A stretch of 64,000 bases of DNA, from positions 448,001 through 512,000 of the forward strand of contig OZ219787.1 in the NCBI GenBank assembly GCA_964291285.2. The letters run 5' to 3'. Positions 18,039 to 25,679 of the stretch are shown here, one piece after another (position 1 is the first letter of the stretch; every line of letters starts with the position of its first letter). The notes under the pieces were generated by a model that saw only the letters and a program-made list of their open reading frames with translations, had not been told where the DNA came from and did no database searches. The position numbers and the translations under genes were made by a program. Origin of the DNA: Alphaproteobacteria bacterium. GTDB lineage: Bacteria; Pseudomonadota; Alphaproteobacteria; Bin95.

Positions 18039-18530
18039 ATGGGCCGGTACGATCTGACGGACTTCGAATGGCGGGTGATCAAGCCGTTGCTGCCGAACAA
18101 GACCCGTGGGGTGCCGCGGGTTGACGACCGGCGGGTGTTGAACGGCATTCTGTGGGTGCTTCGCGCGGGGGCGCCGTGGCGAGACCTGCCGGAGCACTAC
18201 GGGCCTTGTACGACCTGCTACAACCGGTTCAACCGCTGGCGCAAGAAGGGCATCTGGGATCAGTTGATGGATGCGGTGGTGGAGGCTCACGACGGCAATG
18301 TGCAGATGATCGACAGTTCGAGCGTCCGGGTTCACCAGCATGCGGCGGGATCAAAAAAGGGGGTCCGGATCGTTGCATGGGCCGTTCCCGTGGCGGACTG
18401 ACCACGAAGATCCACGCCGTGTCGGACGTGAGCGGCCTGCCGGTCCGCTATGACCTCAGCCCTGGCCAGGCGCACGACACCACGGCCGCCGGTGCCATGC
18501 TGGCGACCCTGCCGCCCGACAGTTTCCTCA
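18039..18530 (+). pseudogene. IS5 transposase (orfA 18039-18401 + frameshifted orfB), disrupted
   Basis: RYDLTDFEW, GAPWRDLPEHYG, MIDSSSVRVHQHAAG. A6G slippery site at 18353-18359, then GRSRGGLTTKIHAV. Confidence 0.92.
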
Positions 18531-18770
18531 TGTAGGTGACGGTCGTAAAAGGCGCTTATTTGCTGGCGTTGCGCGTTTTTGCGGGGCGTGATGATCGCAG
18601 TGATTGTGGTGCGGCGGTGTTTGTGACGGGGGCCTGGGACGGAAGGAGGGCGTAGCCCGACTGGAGTCGCCGGCCCCCGTCGCGTTGATATTTTCGCCTG
18701 CCGAGGGGAGGGTGTCCTGGCGCTGTCGGCGGGGGTCGCCGGGCTGCGCGAGGGGGTAGACTGGGGCTGC

Positions 18771-18899
18771 TGAGAACGATGCGGCGCCGGCCCCGTTTGC
18801 TAGGTGGCAACGACCGGCGCCGCACCCCCCGAGCCATGCAAGGCACGGCCCGTATGCGCAGTATCGTAGGCGTTCGGGCGTGGGTCCACCCCGTTCTCA
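18771..18899 (+). ncRNA. Putative structured leader RNA in the IS21-like element
   Basis: Closing stem TGAGAACG/CGTTCTCA encloses hairpins TGCGGCGCCGG/CCGGCGCCGCA and CACGGCCCG/CGGGCGTG. A TAGACT -10-like box lies at 18757-18762. Structure was judged by eye only. Confidence 0.4.
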
Positions 18900-19182
18900 T
18901 CGGTCTTTGCGATGAGGAACGCCGCCCGCCTGTTCACCTGCGCTTCGTGCCATCGCCAGGTTGTGCTGTGCCGGCGGTGCGACCACGGCAACATCTACTG
19001 CTCGCGTCCGTGCAGCGGCCGGGCGCGGCGGCGCTCGCTGCGCCTTGCCGGGCGTCGCTACCAGAACAGCCGGCGGGGCCGTCACAAGCATGCCGAACGC
19101 CAGCGGCGCTACCGCGAGCGCCGTCGCGTCCGTGCGCCTGAGGAGGGGCGCCGTGCGCAGAAAGTGACGCATCACCCTTTGA

Positions 19183-21089
19183 CCCAACTTGAACAGTCGG
19201 TGTCGATTTTTGCCGGGCGCGGTTTCGCCAAGTTGTTGAAATGATTGGATAGTGAGGTGATGATTGGCGCGGGTTGAGAAAAATGTAGTGAAACATTTTT
19301 GCTGATTTGGCCTTGTTTTCTTGATTGGTCGATATCGAAGACATACAACGCGGTCATGTTCGTGCGCGAAACGACCGCCCGGGGCCACCGCTATCTCTAC
19401 CTCGTGGAGAGCGTGCGCGAGGGCAAGCGGGTGCGCCAGCGCACGATCCGCGCGCTCGGCCGCAAGGACGTGTTGCAGGCGAGCGGGGAGCTGGACCGTC
19501 TGATCGCGTCCCTGGCGCGCCATTCGGAGCGGTCCGTGGTGCTGGAGGACATGGAGGCGGGCGCGCTGGCCTGCGTGCGGGTCGGCGGTCCGCTGCTGTT
19601 CGGTCGGCTGTGGGATCGGCTGGGCGTGGGCGCTGTCGTGAAGGAGCTTCTGGACGGTCGCGGCTTCGGGTTCGCCGTCGAGCGGGCGGTGTTTGTGAGC
19701 GTTCTGCACCGTCTGTTCGTGTCGGGTTCGGACCGGTCGTGCGAGAAGTGGATGGCCGACTACGCGATCGAGGGGATCGAGGGGCTGCGGCTTCATCAGC
19801 TGTATCGGGCGATGGCCTGGCTCGGGGAGGAGCTGGAGGCGCCGGCGGAAGGCGCGCTTGCGCCGCGCTGCGTGAAGGACGGGATCGAGGAGCGTCTGTT
19901 CGAGCACAGGCGGGACCTGTTCACCGACCTGTCTGTGGTGTTCATGGACACCACGACGCTGTCGTTCCACGGCGCGGGCGGCGAGACGCTGGGCGCGCAC
20001 GGCTACTCGAAGGACCATCGCCCGGACTTGCGCCAGATGGTTCTGGCGGTGGTGCTGGACGGCGAGGGCCGGCCTGTGTGCACGGAGATGCTGCCGGGCA
20101 ACACGGCCGACACCAGGGTGCTGCTGCCGATCGTGGACCGTCTTCGGTCACGCTTCGGGATCGGTCGTGTGTGCGTGGTGGCGGACCGGGGGATGATCTC
20201 GGCGGCGACGATAGCGGCGCTGGAAGAGCGGGGGCTGGACTACATCCTGGGCGCGCGCGAGCGGCGCACGAAGGTGGTCCGCGAGGTGGTGCTGAAGGAC
20301 ACGAAGCCCTTTGTGCCGCTGCTCCTCAAGCGTCCGCGCGGCGAGACGCAGCTGTTCGTGAAGGAAGTCACGGTGGGCGGCGCGCGCTACATCGTGTGCC
20401 GCAACGAGGCGGAGGCACAGAAGGACCGCGCCGACCGGCAGGCCGTGGTGGACGGCCTCCAGCGCCGCCTTGCGGACGGCGAGAAAGCGCTGATCGGCAA
20501 CAGCGCCTACCGGCGTTATCTGCGCCGCACGGGCGCGGGCAAGGCGTTCGAGATCGACGCCGGCAAGCTCGCCGAGGAGGCCGGCTTCGACGGCATCTTC
20601 GTGCTGCGCACCAACGCCGGCATGACGCCGCTCAATGCCGTGCTCCGCTACCGGGAGCTGCTCACGGTGGAAGACCTGTTCCGCCGGGCGAAGGCCCAGT
20701 TGCGCACCCGCCCGATCTACCACTCCTGCGACGCCGCGATCCGCGGCCACGTCTTCTGCTCCTTCCTCGCGCTCGTCCTCCAGAAGGAACTGGCCGACCG
20801 CTGCGCCGCCGCCAACGTCAACGTCGAATGGGACGACCTGATCCGCGATCTCGACCGCCTGCAAGAGGCCACCATCGAGAAGGACGGCAAGCGCATCACC
20901 ACCCGCACCCATGTCGAGGGCCAGGTCGGAAAGGTCTTCCAGGCCGTCGGCATCGCGCTGCCGCCGAACTGGCGCGAACACAAAGCCTGACCGTCCCCAA
21001 AATCAACGAAATGTAGTGGGTACACCCGGCGATGCCGGTGTAACTCCCTGTTCTATCGAATACTTTTAATCGTCACTGTTGAAGTTGGG
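19183..21089 (+). mobile_element. IS1634-family insertion sequence (1907 bp)
   Basis: IR CCCAACTTGAACAG / CTGTTGAAGTTGGG. 5-bp duplication TTTGA (19178-19182 and 21090-21094). Confidence 0.92.
19356..20990 (+). CDS. IS1634 transposase
   Basis: YLYLVESVREGKRVRQRTI, FMDTTT, GYSKDHRPDLRQ, VVADRGMIS, VEDLFR, RPIYH. Confidence 0.93.
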   Translation: MFVRETTARGHRYLYLVESVREGKRVRQRTIRALGRKDVLQASGELDRLIASLARHSERSVVLEDMEAGALACVRVGGPLLFGRLWDRLGVGAVVKELLDGRGFGFAVERAVFVSVLHRLFVSGSDRSCEKWMADYAIEGIEGLRLHQLYRAMAWLGEELEAPAEGALAPRCVKDGIEERLFEHRRDLFTDLSVVFMDTTTLSFHGAGGETLGAHGYSKDHRPDLRQMVLAVVLDGEGRPVCTEMLPGNTADTRVLLPIVDRLRSRFGIGRVCVVADRGMISAATIAALEERGLDYILGARERRTKVVREVVLKDTKPFVPLLLKRPRGETQLFVKEVTVGGARYIVCRNEAEAQKDRADRQAVVDGLQRRLADGEKALIGNSAYRRYLRRTGAGKAFEIDAGKLAEEAGFDGIFVLRTNAGMTPLNAVLRYRELLTVEDLFRRAKAQLRTRPIYHSCDAAIRGHVFCSFLALVLQKELADRCAAANVNVEWDDLIRDLDRLQEATIEKDGKRITTRTHVEGQVGKVFQAVGIALPPNWREHKA

Positions 21090-21259
21090 TTTGACCCGTT
21101 CACCGCGCCGTCCTGTTGTGGCGGGCATGCCGGCGGGGCGCTCGGGAAGGAGGCCCTTCGGACCCGACCGTCCCGCCGGAGTGTTCCGCTGCGATCACTG
21201 CGGGCGGTTCTGCGCCCGGGCGGTCTATCCGGGCCTGCGCCCGGCGCGAAGGGAGTGAG

Positions 21260-22765
21260 ATGGCGATCGACCAGCAGACCCGGGCCGAGATCCTGCGGCT
21301 GTATTTTGCCGAGAAGTGGCGGATCGGCACGATCGCGCGCCAGCTCGGCGTCCACCACGGCACGGTCGAGCGCGCGGTGGCGGCCGCCGGGGCGCCCACG
21401 CCTGAGAAGCGGCGCAGATCTTCGATGATCGATCCGTTCCTGCCCTTCGTCCGCCAGACCCTGGCGGTCTGGCCGAAGTTGCCCTCCAGCCGGCTCTACC
21501 GGATGGCGGTCGAGCGCGGTTACCGGGGGTGCGAGAGCCACTTCCGGCGCATGATCGCGCCCGAGCGTCCGCGGCCGGTGGCCGAGGCCTATCTGCGCCT
21601 CAAGGCCCTGCCCGGCGAGCAGGCCCAGGTCGACTGGGCCCACTTCGGCAAGGTGAGGATCGGGCGTGCGGAGCGCCCGCTGATGGCCTTCGTGATGGTG
21701 CTCGGCCACTCGCGCCGCCTCTTCCTGCGCTTCTACCTCAACGCCGGGATGGACAACTTCCTGCGCGGCCATGTCGAGGCCTTCGAGGCTTGGCAGGGCG
21801 TGCCCCGCGAGCTCTGGTACGACAATCTGAAGAGCGTCGTGCTGGAGCGGCGCGGCGACGCCATCCGCTTCAATCCCCGGCTTCTCGACTTCGCAGGCGC
21901 CTACCGCTTCCTGCCGAAGCCGGTCGCGGTCGCCCGAGGCAACGAGAAGGGCCGCGTCGAGCGGGCCATACGCTATGTGCGCGACAGCTTCTTCGCCGCC
22001 CGCGCCTGGCGTGACCTCGACGATCTCAACGCCCAGGCCCGGGAGTGGTGCGAGGGCGTCGCCGCCGACCGCCCCTGGCCGGACGACCGCTCCCTCACCG
22101 TGAGCGAGGCCTTCGAGCGCGAGCGCGGCTCCCTGATGGCGCTGCCCGACGACCGTCCCCCCGTCGACGAGAGGGTCGAGGTCAGGATCGCCAAGACCCC
22201 CTATGCCAGGTTCGACCTCAATGACTACAGCGTCCCGCATACCCATGTCCGGCGCACCCTCACCGTGGCCGCGACGCTGGAAGAGGTGCGCATCCTCGAC
22301 GGCATGGAGGTCATCGCCCGCCATCCGCGCAGCTTCGACAAGGCGGCCCGCATCGAGAACCCCGAACACATTGAGGAGCTGGTCAGGCGCAAGCGTCACG
22401 CCCGCAGCCTGCGCGGGCAGAGCCGGCTGCTCCAGGCCGCGCCCAACAGCGAGCGCCTGATCGCCGAGGCCGCCCCCCGCGGCGCTTATATCGGCGCCAC
22501 CGTCGCCGCCCTGCTGCGCCTGCTCGACCAATACGGCGCCGCCGAGCTCGAAGCCGCCATCGACGAGGCCCTCGAACGCGGCGTCCCCCATCCCAATGCC
22601 GTGCGCCTCAGCCTCACACGGCGGCGCGAACTGCAGGACAGGCCGCCGCCGATCCCCATCGACCTGCCCAGGGACCCGCGCGTGCGCGACATCGCCGTGC
22701 GCGATCACGATCTCGGCGGATACGACGGGCTGGCCGGCTACCATGAAAAGGACAGCGAAGAATGA
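21260..22765 (+). CDS. istA: IS21 transposase IstA
   Basis: N-terminal HTH, PGEQAQVDWA, WYDNLKS, EKGRVERAIRY. Confidence 0.95.
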   Translation: MAIDQQTRAEILRLYFAEKWRIGTIARQLGVHHGTVERAVAAAGAPTPEKRRRSSMIDPFLPFVRQTLAVWPKLPSSRLYRMAVERGYRGCESHFRRMIAPERPRPVAEAYLRLKALPGEQAQVDWAHFGKVRIGRAERPLMAFVMVLGHSRRLFLRFYLNAGMDNFLRGHVEAFEAWQGVPRELWYDNLKSVVLERRGDAIRFNPRLLDFAGAYRFLPKPVAVARGNEKGRVERAIRYVRDSFFAARAWRDLDDLNAQAREWCEGVAADRPWPDDRSLTVSEAFERERGSLMALPDDRPPVDERVEVRIAKTPYARFDLNDYSVPHTHVRRTLTVAATLEEVRILDGMEVIARHPRSFDKAARIENPEHIEELVRRKRHARSLRGQSRLLQAAPNSERLIAEAAPRGAYIGATVAALLRLLDQYGAAELEAAIDEALERGVPHPNAVRLSLTRRRELQDRPPPIPIDLPRDPRVRDIAVRDHDLGGYDGLAGYHEKDSEE

Positions 22766-23556
22766 CCGACACCCTCATGAACCGCGCCCGCGCGCTGGGC
22801 CTGCACGGCCTCCTCGCCCATTGGGGCGAAGTCGCGGAGCGCGACTGGCTCGCCTCCCTGATCGCGTGGGAAGAAGATGAGAAGCGCGCCCGAAGCCTCA
22901 AACGCCGCCTCGCCGACGCCCGCCTCGGACAGTTCAAGCCGCTCGCAGACTTCGACTGGGACTGGCCAAGGCGCTGCGACCGCATGGCCGTCGAGGACCT
23001 CATGACCCTCGACTTCCTCAAGGAGGCCGCAAACCTCGTACTGGTCGGACCCAACGGCGTCGGAAAGTCCACCATCGCCGCCAATATCGCCCACCGCGCC
23101 GTCCTCGAAGGCCACATCGTGCGCTTCGCAACCGCCGCCAGCCTGCTCGGCGAACTCGCCGCCATCGACTCCGACACCCTGCTCCAGCGCAGGCTGCGCT
23201 TCTACGCCCGACAGCACCTGCTGGTCATCGACGAAGTCGGATATCTCTCCTACTCCAACCGCCACGCCGACCTGCTGTTCAACATCGTCTCAAGCCGCAG
23301 CCAGCAGAACTCAACCATAATCACCACGAACCGCCCCTTCGCCGAGTGGAGCGAGGCCTTCCCAAACGCCGCCTGCCTGGTCGCCCTCGTCGACCGGCTC
23401 GTCCACAACGCCGAGATCGTCGCCATCGACGGCGACTCCTGGCGCCGCAAGGAAGCCGAGGAACGTCAGAAGCAGCGCAGCGCCGAACGCCGCCGCCGGC
23501 GCGGACCGAAAGCCGGGCAAAGCACTGGAAAGGCGAACCCGGTCCCGTCGCCATAG
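22762..23556 (+). CDS. istB: IS21 helper ATPase IstB
   Basis: GPNGVGKS, LLVIDEVGY, ITTNRPFAEW, VDRLVH, GDSWR. ATGA overlap with istA. Confidence 0.95.
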   Translation: MTDTLMNRARALGLHGLLAHWGEVAERDWLASLIAWEEDEKRARSLKRRLADARLGQFKPLADFDWDWPRRCDRMAVEDLMTLDFLKEAANLVLVGPNGVGKSTIAANIAHRAVLEGHIVRFATAASLLGELAAIDSDTLLQRRLRFYARQHLLVIDEVGYLSYSNRHADLLFNIVSSRSQQNSTIITTNRPFAEWSEAFPNAACLVALVDRLVHNAEIVAIDGDSWRRKEAEERQKQRSAERRRRRGPKAGQSTGKANPVPSP

Positions 23557-23558
23557 CC

Positions 23559-24431
23559 ATGCATCCCTCCCGCCCCCGCGAGCGGCGGGTGCGGGCCGAG
23601 AGCCTGCGGGGCTATCCCCTCGAACCCGTCGCCCGAGCCCTCGGCTACCGCAGCGATCCCGACAATGCCGTGCGCTGGAGACGGCCAGGATCGGTCCTCT
23701 CCATCAACCGCTTCATGTTCTACGACCATCTGCGCGCAGAGGAGGGAGCCGGGGCTATCGAACTGGCGGTCCATGCGCTCGGATGCACCCCGCCGGACGC
23801 CATCGACTTCCTCGCCGAACTGTCCGACCTCTCAATGCCCCCAGGCGGCCGCCGGCAGGCGCCGGCCAAGGACCCCCGCTGGCCCAACCTCCGGCGATAC
23901 CTCGTCGAGCGGCGCGGCCTCGCGGACGCGCTCGTCACCCTGTGCCGCGACCTCGGCCTGGTCCATGCCGACCCTCACGGCAACCCCGTGTTCGTCCGCC
24001 GAAACGCCGCCGGCGAGGCTACCGGCATCGAAACCGTCACCGCTGACCGCAAAACGACCGCGGGCGGCGGCTTCTGGATGTCCTGGGAGACCGAATGGCC
24101 ACACGCCGTCATCCTGGCCGGCAACGCCCTCGACGCACTCTCCATCCTCTCCCTCCACCTCGGCCCGGTAAAACGCACCGAATGCGCCACCGTCTCCACC
24201 GGCGCCGTCGCCACCAAAGTCCCCAAATGGATCGAGGCATGGAACCCGCGCCTCATCTTCTGTGCATACGACGCCACCACAAACGGCGATCACGCCGCAA
24301 GGCGCCTCGCCCGCAACGACACCAGAATCGTCCGGCTGCGACCCGCACTCGACAACCGGGACTGGAACGACATGCTCATCCGCGACCGAGCCGGCGAACC
24401 AATCGAAACCGATGACCAACAGATCAACTGA
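23559..24431 (+). CDS. DUF3991/Toprim-like passenger protein (290 aa) with degenerate catalytic acids
   Basis: FYDH...GAGAIELAVH primase-like N-region, RRYLVERRGL, ILAGNALDALS, VSTGA, FCAYDATTNGD, RDWNDML. Starts 2 nt after the istB stop and ends inside the right IS end. Confidence 0.8.
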   Translation: MHPSRPRERRVRAESLRGYPLEPVARALGYRSDPDNAVRWRRPGSVLSINRFMFYDHLRAEEGAGAIELAVHALGCTPPDAIDFLAELSDLSMPPGGRRQAPAKDPRWPNLRRYLVERRGLADALVTLCRDLGLVHADPHGNPVFVRRNAAGEATGIETVTADRKTTAGGGFWMSWETEWPHAVILAGNALDALSILSLHLGPVKRTECATVSTGAVATKVPKWIEAWNPRLIFCAYDATTNGDHAARRLARNDTRIVRLRPALDNRDWNDMLIRDRAGEPIETDDQQIN

Positions 24432-24652
24432 AAAACCGCAACCGGCCGAAAAATGTCAGCGAATAGGCGCGCTCTGTAACCGTCGCTAACACCTCATCGC
24501 CGACAAGGCCTGTGACGCCAAATGGATCCGTGACCTGATCGAGCAACACGATGCCGTCCCGATCATCCCCGACCGCGAAGGCGCGAAGACCAGGCACGCT
24601 TTCTCCAAACCCTTGTATAAATTCAGACTTCCTGACCTCTGCTAATTTTGTT

Positions 24653-25679
24653 CCTGCTTATTCTCAAGGATCATCCTGCAATGAGTAGTTGATATGGGAT
24701 GGGTTGTGTTCTGACGGCGCTGTGAAGGAAGCGTGGGATCATGGAGTTGAGTTGGTATCGTCGGTTGTATCGCCATGCGAAGCTGGCGAGGTAGCGTTCG
24801 GCATGGTCGGGACCGAGCTTTCGGTAGGTTCCGGCGATGGCGCTCTTGATGTTGCCGAGGGTCGTGTTGACCCATTTGAAGGGGGCCATGCGGGCTGCCC
24901 GGCGGCCTGAGCCGGTACGGATGGCGCTGTGGCTTGCGGCGATGCCGTCGAGGGCGTTCCAGCAGTGCAGGGCATCGGTGACGACCTCCGTCCCCGGGGC
25001 CAGCCAGCGTTTGGCGCCGCGCGCGATCTCGCGCTTGCGGAAGCCCCTGACCGGGACGAGCTTGACCTTGCGCGGAGCCCCTTCGGCGCTGGTCGAGACC
25101 GCCGCCACGAAGGGCGTCTTGCCCGGCGCGCCCCGGCCGCGCTTGCCGCCGGAGCGCGACCCGCCGAGATAGGCGTCGTCCATCTCGACCCGTCCTTCGA
25201 GCCGCGTGTCGGCTTCGCGCCGGGCCATCACCGCCATGATCTTCTGCTTCATGCTCCAGGCGGTCGGCTGCCTGACCCCGAGGCGGCGACCGAGTTCCAC
25301 CGACGAAATGCCGTTCTTCGCCGTCACCACAAGGTGGATCGCCGCAAACCACAACGTCAGGGGCAGCTTGGTCGAGTGGAAGATCGTCCCCGACGTCACC
25401 GAAACCTGCTTCTTGCAGCGGTTGCACTGGTAAAGCCTGCGCCCGGCAAGAATGCAGTGCCCCCGATGCCCGCAGGAGCCGCACTCGAAACCGTTCGGCC
25501 AGCGCAATCGGGCTAGCACCGCCCGGCACTGATCCTCCGTGCCGAACGACGCTCGGAACGCATCGTCGCTCAAGCCACGAACACGCGATGCAACCTTGAA
25601 TGCCATATCCATGACCTCCCGATAACAGAAACCCTTCCAAACCTACAATCTCACAAGATGACTCTCAAGAATAAGCAGG
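24653..25679 (-). mobile_element. IS1595-family insertion sequence (1027 bp)
   Basis: IR CCTGCTTATTCTCAAGGATCATC vs CCTGCTTATTCTTGAGAGTCATC. 8-bp duplication ATTTTGTT (24645-24652 and 25680-25687). Confidence 0.93.
24671..25612 (-). CDS. IS1595 transposase
   Basis: Zn ribbon CGSCG...CNRC, SVTSGTIFH, VEMDDAYLGG, VTDA, WVNTTLGNIK, RYNRR. Confidence 0.95.
   Translation of the reverse strand: MDMAFKVASRVRGLSDDAFRASFGTEDQCRAVLARLRWPNGFECGSCGHRGHCILAGRRLYQCNRCKKQVSVTSGTIFHSTKLPLTLWFAAIHLVVTAKNGISSVELGRRLGVRQPTAWSMKQKIMAVMARREADTRLEGRVEMDDAYLGGSRSGGKRGRGAPGKTPFVAAVSTSAEGAPRKVKLVPVRGFRKREIARGAKRWLAPGTEVVTDALHCWNALDGIAASHSAIRTGSGRRAARMAPFKWVNTTLGNIKSAIAGTYRKLGPDHAERYLASFAWRYNRRYQLNSMIPRFLHSAVRTQPIPYQLLIAG

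Larger units (their letters stand above)
18912..21258 (+). pseudogene. Cys/Arg-rich zinc-finger ORF upstream of istA (144 aa when rejoined), split by IS1634
   Basis: 18912-19182 + 21095-21258 = 435 nt in one frame: CASC, CRRC, CSRPC, Arg-rich helix, KVTHH, CDHCGRFC. The stop lies 1 nt before the istA ATG. Confidence 0.8.
18531..24491 (+). mobile_element. Enlarged IS21-family element (~4.05 kb without the nested IS1634) with two extra ORFs
   Basis: TGT...ACA ends. Imperfect IR TGTAGGTGACGGTCGTAAAAGGCGCTTATTTGCTG vs TGTTAGCGACGGTTACAGAGCGCGCCTATTCGCTG. 5-bp target duplication CCTCA (18526-18530 and 24492-24496). Confidence 0.93.
17966..24622 (+). mobile_element. IS5-family (IS427-like) element, interrupted by the IS21-like element and truncated at its right end
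   Basis: Begins GGTCGTGTACCCATAA after TA. The transposase reads ...PDSFL at 18530 and resumes IADKACDAKWIRDLIE...FSKPLYK at 24497-24622. Confidence 0.9.

Noticed and set aside
17966-18124. C-terminal 52 aa of the 267-aa ATPase ORF
   Set aside because: Read-through into IS5 sequence, not native protein.
18723-18740. Leader segment whose reverse complement (GGCGACCCCCGCCGACAG) resembles the IS21 left flank (GGCGACCCTGCCGCCCGACAG), suggesting a guide
   Set aside because: The match needs three gap positions, the exact block is only 8 nt in very GC-rich DNA, and it lies upstream of the putative -10. Compatible with chance.
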